Shown here: positions 19,704-28,111 of the stretch, in pieces
Layout of the letters: every line of letters begins with the position of its first letter
How positions within the stretch are numbered: position 1 is the first letter of the stretch
NCBI GenBank assembly: GCA_052325505.1
Contig: JBKQUS010000178.1
Location: 10,897 to 74,896 of the forward strand
Origin: Limisphaerales bacterium
GTDB lineage: Bacteria; Verrucomicrobiota; Verrucomicrobiia; Limisphaerales; Palsa-1400
DNA: 64,000 nucleotides
Direction of reading: 5' to 3'
Notes under the pieces: generated by a model
Database searches by the model: none
The model's input: the letters and a program-made list of their open reading frames with translations, nothing else
Told to the model about the DNA's origin: nothing
Position numbers and translations under genes: made by a program

Positions 19704-21254
19704 ATGAAAATTAAATCATTAGTGGAAGAGCTTGAAAAACGGCGCGGCGTCGCGCGGGCGGGCGGAGGACAGGACAAATTGGATGCCCGCCGCAAAAAGG
19801 GCCTGATGACGGCGCGCGATCGCATCGAAAAGCTCTTTCAACCCGGCACCTTTCAAGAAGCCGGCCTTCATGCCGAGCACGAGTGCCACAACTTCGGCAT
19901 GCAGGATAAGACCATGCCCGCCGACGGCGTGATCACGGGCACCGGCATTGTGGATGGCCGCGTCGTGGCCGCGTTCAGCCAGGACTTTACCGTGGGCGGC
20001 GGCGCGTTGGGGCGCATTCATTCCAAGAAAATCTGCGAACAGATGGACTACGCCCTCAAGGTCGGCTGCCCCATGGTCGGATTTAATGATTCGGGCGGCG
20101 CGCGCATCCAGGAAGGGATCGACTCCCTGTCCGCCTATGGCCAGGTGTTTTTCCGCAACGTGCTGCTGTCCGGCGTCGTGCCGCAGATTGCCGTTGTGGC
20201 GGGGCCTTGCGCCGGGGGCGCGGCTTATTCGCCGGCTTTGATGGATTTTCTCATCATGGTCAAAGGCAGCGCCAACATGTTCATCTGCGGGCCGGAAGTG
20301 ATTCAGGCGGTCACCGGCCAGAAATGCACGATGGACGAAATCGGCAGCGCCACAGCCAATGCCAGCATCAGCGGCAACGTTCATTTCATCGCCGATAACG
20401 ATGCGCATTCCGTCCAGCTTGTCCGCCGCCTCCTCTCCTTTCTTCCGTCCAACAACCTGCTGGATCCGCCCCATCATCCAACTCCGCAGGTGGATTTGAG
20501 CAACGATGCTGAAATGGACCGCTTGCTGCCGGATTCCGCCAAAGACGCGCTCGACGCTCACAAAGTGATCGCCCGGCTCGTGGACAACGGCGACTTGCTC
20601 GAAGTCCATGCCGAATTCGCGCGCAACCTCGTTGTCGGCTTTGCGCGCATTCAGGGCGTGGTCGTTGGCATCGTCGCCAACAACCCTTCCGTCAAAGCCG
20701 GCACGCTCGACATTGATTCATCCGACAAGGGCGCGCGCTTCATTCGTTTTTGCAATGTCTTCAACATTCCATTGGTCACTCTGGTGGACATTCCTGGCTT
20801 CATGCCCGGCATTCAACAGGAGCGCGGCGGCATCATCCGGCACGGCGCAAAAATGCTCTTCGCCTATGCTTCCGCCACCGTGCCCAAAATCACGGTTATC
20901 ATGCGAAAGGCTTACGGCGGCGCGTATCTCGCCATGTGCAGTTCCGACATGGGGGCGGACTTTGTTTTCGCATGGCCCACCGCCGAGATCGCCGTCATGG
21001 GCGCCGAAGGTGCGGTCAAGATTCTTTACAAACGGGAAATCGCCGCCGCCAAGGATCCCAAAGCCAGGGAAGCGGAACTTGTGACGGAATATCGCAATAA
21101 ATTCTGTTCCCCTTACCAGGCCGCGCGCGAGGCGATGATCACCGACGTCATCGCGCCCTCTGAAACCCGCGCCCGCGTCTCGCTGGCCCTTCGCAATACG
21201 CTGACCAAGCGCGAATCCCGCCCGCCCAAAAAGCACGGGACCATCCCGCTCTAA
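19704..21254 (+). CDS. Methylmalonyl-CoA carboxyltransferase 12S-like subunit (propionyl-CoA carboxylase beta family)
   Basis: 516 aa with the two crotonase-like carboxyltransferase halves (FTVGGGALG, SGGARIQEG, GGAYLAM). Confidence 0.93.
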   Translation: MKIKSLVEELEKRRGVARAGGGQDKLDARRKKGLMTARDRIEKLFQPGTFQEAGLHAEHECHNFGMQDKTMPADGVITGTGIVDGRVVAAFSQDFTVGGGALGRIHSKKICEQMDYALKVGCPMVGFNDSGGARIQEGIDSLSAYGQVFFRNVLLSGVVPQIAVVAGPCAGGAAYSPALMDFLIMVKGSANMFICGPEVIQAVTGQKCTMDEIGSATANASISGNVHFIADNDAHSVQLVRRLLSFLPSNNLLDPPHHPTPQVDLSNDAEMDRLLPDSAKDALDAHKVIARLVDNGDLLEVHAEFARNLVVGFARIQGVVVGIVANNPSVKAGTLDIDSSDKGARFIRFCNVFNIPLVTLVDIPGFMPGIQQERGGIIRHGAKMLFAYASATVPKITVIMRKAYGGAYLAMCSSDMGADFVFAWPTAEIAVMGAEGAVKILYKREIAAAKDPKAREAELVTEYRNKFCSPYQAAREAMITDVIAPSETRARVSLALRNTLTKRESRPPKKHGTIPL

Positions 21255-21260
21255 ACCGTT

Positions 21261-21635
21261 ATGTCCATCACCACGCTTCTAACCCAGATTGCCATTTCAT
21301 TATTGGTGGTGACGCTTTACCACCTGTGGGTCTCCCGCGCAAAACAAGCCATGCCCGCGCCTCGGCAGCCTGTGCCAACGGCTCCGATCTTACCTGCGCC
21401 GGTTGTGGCCACGCCGGTCGTTCCCGCACCCGTTGTGGCCGTGCCGAAGCCGACCCTGGCCGTGGAAACGTTGCCGCCTGAATTGCTCGCTGTCATCTCG
21501 GCGGCCATCGCAGTGGTTCTGGGCCGGCGCCACCGCGTTGTCTCCGTGCAACACGCAGTCGCCCTCGCGCCGGAAGGCAATGCCTGGGCGATGGAAGGCC
21601 GCGTGGAACACTTCCTCTCCCACAGGGTTCGGTAA
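21261..21635 (+). CDS. OadG-like small membrane subunit of biotin-dependent decarboxylase/transcarboxylase complexes
   Basis: 124 aa with an N-terminal TM (IAISLLVVTLYHLWV), a Pro/Val-rich linker and an LLAVISAAIAVVLG motif. It sits between the 12S and biotin-carrier genes. Confidence 0.6.
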   Translation: MSITTLLTQIAISLLVVTLYHLWVSRAKQAMPAPRQPVPTAPILPAPVVATPVVPAPVVAVPKPTLAVETLPPELLAVISAAIAVVLGRRHRVVSVQHAVALAPEGNAWAMEGRVEHFLSHRVR

Positions 21636-21650
21636 CCATTTTTAAAATCT

Positions 21651-22055
21651 ATGATCAAAAAACTCCGTGTAACGGTGGACGGCAAATCTTATGAAGTGAC
21701 CGTCGAAGTCCCTGATGAATCAGGCTCTGCCGCCGCTGCGCCGCCGCCTCCAGTGAGCGCTCCGGCCGCGTCTTCCCAGTCTGCGCCGTCCCAACCCGTG
21801 CCATCTCACTCCGCGCCCGTGGTAAAAACCGGCGGCGGTCCCGGCGCGGTGCTCAGTCCTTTGGCCGGCCGGGTCATCGCCATCATTGTCAAACCAGGCC
21901 AGGAAGTCAAAGCGGGCGACCATCTGCTGACTCTCGAAGCGATGAAAATGAACACCGTCGTATCCGCCCCGAGAGCGGGAAAAGTTGCGGAAATACTCAC
22001 TACGGTCGGCTCCGCGGTTGACGAAGGTCAAATCTTGGTGCGGATTGAGGATTAA
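21651..22055 (+). CDS. Biotin carboxyl carrier protein (1.3S-like subunit)
   Basis: 134 aa with an N-terminal KKLRVTVDGKSYEVTVEV, an Ala/Pro/Ser linker and a biotinyl domain carrying LTLEAMKMNT. Confidence 0.92.
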   Translation: MIKKLRVTVDGKSYEVTVEVPDESGSAAAAPPPPVSAPAASSQSAPSQPVPSHSAPVVKTGGGPGAVLSPLAGRVIAIIVKPGQEVKAGDHLLTLEAMKMNTVVSAPRAGKVAEILTTVGSAVDEGQILVRIED

Positions 22056-22058
22056 GAA

Positions 22059-22814
22059 ATGACCCAGGCGGACACAGTGGGTCGCGATGTTTGTGAGGAC
22101 TGGCATGTGCATGAGCTTGCCACCACAAACTCCACCAATCTTGTCGCCGCCAAGCTTCCCGCCTGGGAAGCCGTCCGTGCCGGTCGCCAGACCGCTGGCC
22201 GCGGGCGTTTTCAACGAGGCTGGATTTCCGATGAAGGCGGGTTATGGCTCTCTGCCGTTGTTCCCACAGGGCCTGATGCTGCCGCCTGGCGCGGTCTGCC
22301 CTTGGCGGTGGGCCTCGCCGTTTGCGATGCGCTTCAGTCAATCGGCTTGAGCCGTTTCCGCGTCCGCTGGCCCAATGATGTGCTGGTGGATGACCGCAAG
22401 CTGGCCGGGTTGCTGGTGGACCAATTCGCTCCCGGTCTGGCCGTGGCTGGCATTGGCATCAATGTCTTCAATCACCCCGACCTTCACGATCCCGCCTTGA
22501 AAAACCAAGTCGTTCGCCTCGCAGATTTGATCCCCGCGCCGCCGGACCTGCCCCGGTTGACTCTAGTTGTCCTGAACCACTTGCGAAGGGTGGTCGAGCA
22601 AATGCGCACCGACGGATTCGCATCGCTTCTGCCGCGAATCAACGAATTGTGGGGCCGCCCGCGCCGTATCGAACTTGACCTCAATGGCGTTCTCCGCGTC
22701 GGAACTTTTGCCGGTGTTGGCGAAAATGGCGAATTGTTGCTGTTGAGCGATTCCGGCCACAAATCAACCTGCGACGCGTCTCAAGTCCGGCATTTGAAAG
22801 AAATCGATTTATGA
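22059..22814 (+). CDS. birA: Biotin-[acetyl-CoA-carboxylase] ligase, class I (no HTH)
   Basis: 251 aa. It has GRQTAGRGRFQRGW (GRGRxGR motif) and a KLAGLLV block. Confidence 0.88.
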   Translation: MTQADTVGRDVCEDWHVHELATTNSTNLVAAKLPAWEAVRAGRQTAGRGRFQRGWISDEGGLWLSAVVPTGPDAAAWRGLPLAVGLAVCDALQSIGLSRFRVRWPNDVLVDDRKLAGLLVDQFAPGLAVAGIGINVFNHPDLHDPALKNQVVRLADLIPAPPDLPRLTLVVLNHLRRVVEQMRTDGFASLLPRINELWGRPRRIELDLNGVLRVGTFAGVGENGELLLLSDSGHKSTCDASQVRHLKEIDL

Positions 22815-24316
22815 CAAATGATACATTCCCGCGGCTTGCCGCCGCCGAGGTCGCCGCCTTGATTCAAAACGGCCAGACTGTCGCTTTTAGCGGCTTCACG
22901 CCCGCTGGCGCTCCCAAGGAAATTCCCAAAGCCATCGCGGCCCGTGCCGTGGAGGCCCATGCCGCGAGCCAGCCATTCCGGGTTGGCGTCATCACCGGCG
23001 CGTCCACCGGCCATTCGCTCGACGGCTCGCTGGCCCGGGCCGAGGCCATCCTGTTCCGCACGCCCTACCAAAATGATCCTGATTTGCGAAAAAGCATTAA
23101 CGAGGGGCGGACAAAGTTTTACGACATGCACCTGTCCCAATTGCCGCAGGCCGTTCGCTACGGCTTTCTTGGCCCCGTTCATTGGGCGGTGGTCGAAGCC
23201 AGCGACGTCACTACTTCCGGTGAGATCACCCTCGCCACGTCGGTCGGCGCTGCCCCCACGTTTTGTCGGGTTGCGGGCAAAGTCCTGGTCGAGTTGAACC
23301 GGTACCATCCCCAGGCGTTGCGCGGCTTCCACGACATCTACGAACCCGTGGACCCGCCTCATCGCCAGCCTGTGCCGCTGCTGCGCCCCGACGACCACAT
23401 CGGCACGCTCACCATCAGGGTCGATCCGAAGAAAATCGCCGGCGTTGTTGAAACCAACCTGCCCGATGAAGTGGGTTCTTTCAGCGCCGTCTCGGAAACC
23501 ACCGCGCGCATTGGCGACAACGTCGCCAATTTTCTCGCCGCCGAACTTCAGCGCGGGCTGATCCCGTCCAGCTTCCTGCCCATCCAATCCGGCGTGGGCG
23601 ACACCGCCAACGCCGTTCTCAAGTCCATGGGCGCGCATCCGAAGATTCCCAGGTTCGACATGTACACCGAGGTGATCCAGGACGCCGTGCTGGCGCTGGT
23701 GAAAGAGGGCAAAATCCGTTTCGCCAGCGGTTGTTCCCTCACGGTGAGCAATCCCGTCCTGCGCGACATCTACGAAAACCTGGAATTCTTCCGCTCCCGC
23801 CTGCTGCTTCGGCCGCAAGAGATCACCAACAACCCGGAAATTGTCCGGCGTCTTGGCATCATATCCATCAACACTGCCATCGAGGTCGATATCACCGGCA
23901 ACGTCAACAGCACTCATGTGTTGGGCCGGAACATGGTCAGCGGCATCGGCGGTTCCGGCGACTTTGCCCGCAACGCCTTCCTCACCATTTTCACCTGTCC
24001 CTCCACGGCCAAGGGCGGGAAGATCAGCACCATTATTCCGCTCGTGAGTCATCTTGACAGCAGCGAACACTCCGTCCAGATCATCATCACCGACCAGGGC
24101 ATTGCCGACCTGCGCGGCAAATCCCCCATGGACCGGGCCAAAGCCATCATCGAAAACTGCGCCCATCCCGACTACCGCCCCATCCTGCGCGATTACGTGG
24201 CGTTGGCTGGCAGCACCCATTCCCCGCAGACACTCCGCCTGGCCTTCGCCATGCACCTGGCCTTTTCTGAAACAGGCGACATGCACACCACCAGTTGGAA
24301 AACTCCCACCCGCTGA
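22811..24316 (+). CDS. Acetyl-CoA hydrolase/transferase family CoA-transferase (succinyl-CoA:propionate/acetate type)
   Basis: 501 aa. The family-typical N-terminus (GQTVAFSGFTPAGAPK), SGIGG and GGKISTIIP blocks are present. Its start overlaps the birA stop. Confidence 0.88.
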   Translation: MTNDTFPRLAAAEVAALIQNGQTVAFSGFTPAGAPKEIPKAIAARAVEAHAASQPFRVGVITGASTGHSLDGSLARAEAILFRTPYQNDPDLRKSINEGRTKFYDMHLSQLPQAVRYGFLGPVHWAVVEASDVTTSGEITLATSVGAAPTFCRVAGKVLVELNRYHPQALRGFHDIYEPVDPPHRQPVPLLRPDDHIGTLTIRVDPKKIAGVVETNLPDEVGSFSAVSETTARIGDNVANFLAAELQRGLIPSSFLPIQSGVGDTANAVLKSMGAHPKIPRFDMYTEVIQDAVLALVKEGKIRFASGCSLTVSNPVLRDIYENLEFFRSRLLLRPQEITNNPEIVRRLGIISINTAIEVDITGNVNSTHVLGRNMVSGIGGSGDFARNAFLTIFTCPSTAKGGKISTIIPLVSHLDSSEHSVQIIITDQGIADLRGKSPMDRAKAIIENCAHPDYRPILRDYVALAGSTHSPQTLRLAFAMHLAFSETGDMHTTSWKTPTR

Positions 24317-24341
24317 CGACCATTGGATATGGTGCATCTCT

Positions 24342-24364
24342 ACGGTTCTGCTCGAACCTTTTTT
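24342..24364 (+). terminator. Weak rho-independent terminator candidate after the propionate operon
   Basis: A short stem (ACGGTTC / GAACCT, loop TGCTC) is followed by a T-run (TTTTTT), 26 nt after the CoA-transferase stop. Confidence 0.4.
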
Positions 24365-24595
24365 CAAGGACAACCCCCGGTTTCGTGACGGAAACCCCGT
24401 CATTTACCCTATCCCCACCCCTGTCCCCACAGTGGGGATACCCCCTGATTGAGAATTGTCCTTTGTTCACAAGGGTTTCGTCGGTGTTTGACCGCCTGGC
24501 GGCCTCCCCGACTACGGTCGGTTTTGGCTCGCACTGTTGTGTGCTCCGCAAGGCGGTGCTCGCCAAAACCTCCCTGGTTCGCTCACGCTCCCGAA

Positions 24596-24679
24596 ACGGG
24601 TTCACCACGGACGGGTTTAACGATAAAGGACAAAGATGTCCTTTACGGGTTTGAACAGGTACAACAGGTGTAACGGGTA
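24596..24679 (+). repeat. Four direct ACGGGT(T/A) repeats plus an 8-bp-stem hairpin in non-coding DNA
   Basis: ACGGGTT occurs at 24596, 24611 and 24645, and ACGGGTA at 24673. AAAGGACA-AAGA-TGTCCTTT lies at 24624-24643. GTGTAACGGGT (24668-24678) equals 11 nt of the ICE palindrome at 59669-59679. Confidence 0.5.
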
Positions 24680-24917
24680 TGGAACCCGCCAGGGCGGGAG
24701 CGCCAAAGACTTGTGAGCTTGTTCGCCGTTTGATGTCCCATCCTCGCCCCCTGCGCCTGAGCCTCCCGCGTGAAGTAGAGCTGTCCAAGCCAGAATTTCG
24801 AGACGTTCACCTGCGGCGTTGGTTCTTTGGCTGTCTTTTCCATGTGATTCTTCTTAACCGATAATGCAGGCTTTCGACTATTGAGCCTGTGGTGGGAAAG
24901 GCCGTCGGCTCTTTCCC

Positions 24918-25145
24918 TTGCGGATTACCGACACTGGCAAACTTCTGTTCAGCCGCGCCACCCTCAAAATTTACGACCGACCGACGCTCCGCGCCGTCGT
25001 TCAGGGCATTCAGGAATTCGACTTGGCGGCGCATGACGGCCAGGATTTCAAGGGCGATATGTATGAATATCTCCTTTCGCGACTGGCAGCTTCCGGCACG
25101 AACGGCCAGTTCCGCACTCCGCGCCACATCATTGACCTTACGGTG
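24918..25145 (+). pseudogene. Internal fragment of a type I restriction-modification methylase (hsdM-like)
   Basis: DFKGDMYEYLLSRLAASGTNGQFRTPRHIIDL matches the conserved HsdM block that precedes the AdoMet-binding motif. The N-terminal domain and the whole catalytic domain are missing, and the reading frame runs into the tRNA. Confidence 0.65.
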
Positions 25146-25201
25146 CCCCGCAACAGCCTTCGTATTACCGGACATCATCTGGTGGCCCCAGCTATTATCC
25201 A

Positions 25202-25289
25202 TGGTGCCGGAGGCGGGACTCGAACCCGCACGTCCTGTTATGGACCCAGGATTTTAAGTCCTGTGCGTCTGCCATTTCGCCACACCGGC
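25202..25289 (-). tRNA. tRNA-Leu (anticodon UAA)
   Basis: 88 nt. The reverse complement reads GCCGGTG-TG-GCGAAATGGCAGACGC-A-CAGGA-CTTAAAA-TCCTG-(17-nt variable arm)-GCGGG-TTCGAGT-CCCGC-CTCCGGC-A-CCA. It has a class II long variable arm, one U-U mismatch in the acceptor stem and an encoded CCA. Confidence 0.9.
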
Positions 25290-25341
25290 AATGCTGTATT
25301 AACAATGATTTGACGAATTTTCGACAACTCGAAACTTGACT

Positions 25342-25362
25342 TGTGCCACTAAATGTGCCACT
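25342..25362 (+). promoter_or_regulatory. Tandem TGTGCCACT direct repeat just upstream of the integrase start
   Basis: TGTGCCACT occurs at 25342-25350 and 25354-25362 (12-bp register), 9 nt before ATG 25371. It is a candidate operator or arm-type site. Confidence 0.35.
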
Positions 25363-25370
25363 GTTATGGC

Positions 25371-26666
25371 ATGAAAGAGAATGCAGCCATAAGCAATCAG
25401 CAAAAGAGTGAAACCAAGCGTCACAATCATGTGCTCACTTTCTCAAAAGTTCTGGACGGACGCAAGCAGCCGATTCGTGGACTCTGGATACGAGGCACGC
25501 GCTATTACGCTCGGTTGAGTGTTGAAAACCCAATCACCGGCATCAAAAAGACCCGGCGCGTGCCCTTGATTGACAAAGAAGGCAATCCTGTCCAGACGGT
25601 GGCGCAAGCCGTGGCTGAGTTGAAACGGTTGCAGACACAACGTTCAGACAACGCCCTGCCGACGCTTGTGCGGACGCCGAAGTTTGGCGATTACGCGGCA
25701 CGATATTTGGATTTTGTAGGTAGCGGCAGGGGAGCCAAAAAACCGGGCACGGTGGAAAAGGAGAAGACGATTCTTAACCGCTGGACTGAATCTTTGAGCG
25801 GCTTGCGTCTTGATCAAATTAAACCCGTTCACGTCAATCGGTTTATTGAGTCCCGCTTGAAAAAGAACCTGTCGCCGCGCACAATCAACTTGGACGTGAT
25901 AGGGTTGCGTGTTGTTCTCAAGCGCGCCATGTCCGATGGACTCATACAACGTCTGCCAACCGAGGGTTTGCGACCGTTGAAGACCAGCACGGAAAAACGT
26001 TCGCTATTCACGGCGGCTGATTTGGACGTGCTTTGCAACGCTGCCTTTGAAACGAAAAAGAACGACAAAGGCAAGGACGTGCCGGTTACGGAAAATGCAC
26101 AGGAGTTTGTAGATTATATTAAACTCATGGCTCATTCCGGCGTGCGCCGTAACGAGGCTCTCGGTGTGCGATGGGATGATGTTGATTTTAAGAATGGGCA
26201 ACTTTTCATCCGCAGGCAGATAACAAGGCGCGGAATCGAAGACTTAAAAAATCGTGACGCTCGCGTGGTAGATTTTAATCCAAAACTGAAAGCGCATTTG
26301 ATCGAAATGAAAACCCGTTCGCATGACGTATCGAAATGGCTTTTCCCATCACCGCAGCGCGGAGAAAAAGACATTCCGACAAAAACCTTTCGGGAGTCGC
26401 TGGAACTGGTGAGGACACAAGCGAAAATGCCTGATTTCAGTTTTCACGATTGCAGACACCATTTTATTTCAATGTGTGTTATGAGTGGCATTGACTTTAT
26501 GACGATTGCAGCTTGGGTTGGACATAAGGATGGCGGTGTCCTGATTGGAAAAGTTTATGGACACTTGGCCAATGAGCATCGGAAGGCAATGGCCGAACGG
26601 CTAAAATTCGAGCCGGTCGTTCTTCAAAAAGCAGCCAATGCCTTAACGAACAACACGCTTAATTGA
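25371..26666 (+). CDS. Tyrosine-type site-specific integrase
   Basis: 431 aa from ATG at 25371. It has an N-terminal SAM-like/core-binding region and a catalytic domain with RRNEAL (Arg), HDCRHHF (HxxR) and GKVYGHL (Tyr). It lies adjacent to tRNA-Leu. Confidence 0.92.
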   Translation: MKENAAISNQQKSETKRHNHVLTFSKVLDGRKQPIRGLWIRGTRYYARLSVENPITGIKKTRRVPLIDKEGNPVQTVAQAVAELKRLQTQRSDNALPTLVRTPKFGDYAARYLDFVGSGRGAKKPGTVEKEKTILNRWTESLSGLRLDQIKPVHVNRFIESRLKKNLSPRTINLDVIGLRVVLKRAMSDGLIQRLPTEGLRPLKTSTEKRSLFTAADLDVLCNAAFETKKNDKGKDVPVTENAQEFVDYIKLMAHSGVRRNEALGVRWDDVDFKNGQLFIRRQITRRGIEDLKNRDARVVDFNPKLKAHLIEMKTRSHDVSKWLFPSPQRGEKDIPTKTFRESLELVRTQAKMPDFSFHDCRHHFISMCVMSGIDFMTIAAWVGHKDGGVLIGKVYGHLANEHRKAMAERLKFEPVVLQKAANALTNNTLN

Positions 26667-26856
26667 TCCAAGTTGCTGAAAATTCTCGAAGAAACAGCAA
26701 AGCATTTTCAAATGTTCTCGCCGTGACCAACGCGCTTTCTTGCTTCACTTCACAGGCTGACGGTCGGCCCTGTTCCCCTCACGACCACGCCCGTTCCGTT
26801 TCGCAAAAAGCGCGCTCGTCACGAGCGGCATCACGTGGCACCGAAGGATCGGCGTG

Positions 26857-26956
26857 CTTCCGCCTGCGGTTCGCCGACGGTCGTTTCGCTGCGGTTGCGT
26901 TCCTGCGTCTCTCCACCTCCGCTCCACTTTCCCGTTCGCCGAACCGCAGGCCGAAG
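26857..26956. repeat. Long imperfect hairpin element, copy A (24/25-nt arms, 51-nt loop)
   Basis: The left arm CTTCCGCCTGCGGTTCGCCGACGG (26857-26880) pairs with CCGTTCGCCGAACCGCAGGCCGAAG (26932-26956), giving 22 pairs, 2 C-C mismatches and 1 bulge. The loop contains GTTGCGTTCC. A homologous copy lies at 54407-54508. Confidence 0.7.
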
Positions 26957-27087
26957 CAAAAGTGAAAAAAACGGCAGCAGGAACAGTTTTCTGTATAATA
27001 AATCCTGCCTTGGGGGTAAAAGATGGACAGCACTGCCAGAACTGATAAAAAGAGGCGGATGAATCTTGATGTAATGGAATAGCCCGC

Positions 27088-28092
27088 GTGAAACAGTTGA
27101 AAGTCATGAGAGAACCGCAAGCTCCACAAGGCACAAAAAAAACTGTCATTTTCGACACGAATGCCTATCGCAACCTGACGCATGATTTGCCGTTAGCTGA
27201 TTCTCGTTCAAAGGCTCTCCATTTACGACAACTCGAACAAAAAGCGGAAAATTTCGCTTTAGCCAGCCCAATCGTCATTTGGGAGCTTATTGCTCATTTG
27301 GGCGATGCCAATGACCCAGCTTACCACCATTGCCTGAACGCGCTTGTAGCATTAGCCGAACACACTTGGTCGCCCTTTGATCCCAACGCAGGTGTTTGCC
27401 TTTTCGCAGATGCCGCGTCAACCGTCTGTCGGGAATTATTTCGTGCCGTGCCACCAATCGCCACGCAAAATATCCAGAACTTAAGCAAGCTGGCTGCGTA
27501 TGTAAAAAATCATGCGCCAAATTTGACGCTGCCCGCCGCGCTAACGAATCTAAAAGTGTTTTCTGCGGAACTTGCCAAGTCGGAAAAGCAATGGCTGACT
27601 GACATGCAAAAAATTCTAACCGACTGCGATCCAAAAATCGCAAGACCGTGGGTTGGCGGCAAGAATGACAAAGAAGTGCGCCGGAAACTCTGCTCTTATT
27701 TTGCAAGCCGGGCGTTCATGGATGCTTGGGCGGCCATCACAGTAGTGCGACACGCGAATGCGCTTCGCATAAAATTGACTTCGGCAGAATTGACCGAGAA
27801 AACGAAAATAATTCAGGACGTTTTTCCAGTGCCTTTTCATTTAATGTCGGCGCTACTTCAGAAATTTCCGACTCCGCAGCCGATGAACTTGAGCAGCCGC
27901 AAGAAAAAATGGGCAAACTTTTTGTGTGATGCTGCCATTTGTTTTTCCTTCGGTGGTTTCCACCAAGTCGGAAGCGCGCCGATGTTTCTTGTAACGGGCG
28001 ATAACGCAATCAAAAAAGCAGCGACCGCAGCCGGGTGTCCAGACCGAGTTGTTGAACTTCCCATCTACCTCAAAAGTGTGGGATTTTGTTGA
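27088..28092 (+). CDS. PIN-like domain protein with a large helical insertion
   Basis: 334 aa (GTG at 27088; ATG at 27106). KTVIFDTNAY (Asp 1), IVIWELIAHL (Glu), FLCDAAICFS (Asp) and MFLVTGDNAIKKAA (T-x-D) occur in the order of PIN acidic residues, with ~200 aa inserted between them. GC is lower than in flanking DNA. Confidence 0.45.
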   Translation: MKQLKVMREPQAPQGTKKTVIFDTNAYRNLTHDLPLADSRSKALHLRQLEQKAENFALASPIVIWELIAHLGDANDPAYHHCLNALVALAEHTWSPFDPNAGVCLFADAASTVCRELFRAVPPIATQNIQNLSKLAAYVKNHAPNLTLPAALTNLKVFSAELAKSEKQWLTDMQKILTDCDPKIARPWVGGKNDKEVRRKLCSYFASRAFMDAWAAITVVRHANALRIKLTSAELTEKTKIIQDVFPVPFHLMSALLQKFPTPQPMNLSSRKKKWANFLCDAAICFSFGGFHQVGSAPMFLVTGDNAIKKAATAAGCPDRVVELPIYLKSVGFC

Positions 28093-28111
28093 CAAAATCA
28101 GCTTGGAAATT

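Noticed and set aside
21665-21676. GTGTAACGG inside the biotin-carrier gene, matching 9 nt of the ICE palindrome.
   Set aside because: It lies within a conserved coding segment (RVTVDG), there is no second half-site, and it is on the chromosomal side. I treat it as coincidence.
24329-24358. ATGGTGC...CTCGAACC just after the CoA-transferase stop, which resembles the tRNA-Leu 3' end (ATGGTGCC...CTCGAACC). I considered it as an att direct repeat or tRNA remnant.
   Set aside because: The spacing differs (15 versus 11 nt), no acceptor or T-stem complementarity is retained, and the CTCGAACC belongs to a terminator-like hairpin followed by a T-run.
22781-24403. 540-aa minus-strand ORF, the longest unexplained ORF in the track.
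   Set aside because: It lies exactly antisense to the well-supported CoA-transferase gene. The product is Gly/Ala/Arg-rich with no motifs. This is a typical high-GC shadow ORF.
24400-24900. The non-coding stretch left of the tRNA was inspected for a known ncRNA (RNase P, tmRNA, SRP, 6S).
   Set aside because: No hallmark motifs were recognisable by eye (no GGAAAGTCCGG-type P4, no tmRNA tag/T-arm, no SRP GGAA tetraloop helix). It is left as repeat-bearing DNA. A covariance-model scan would be needed to be sure.
26663-26965. 100-aa ORF after the integrase (a possible excisionase position), and the 60-aa minus-strand ORF 54354..54536.
   Set aside because: Both are Arg/Ser-rich, span the hairpin-element copies and lack any HTH or winged-helix pattern. 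They are more likely non-coding structured DNA.
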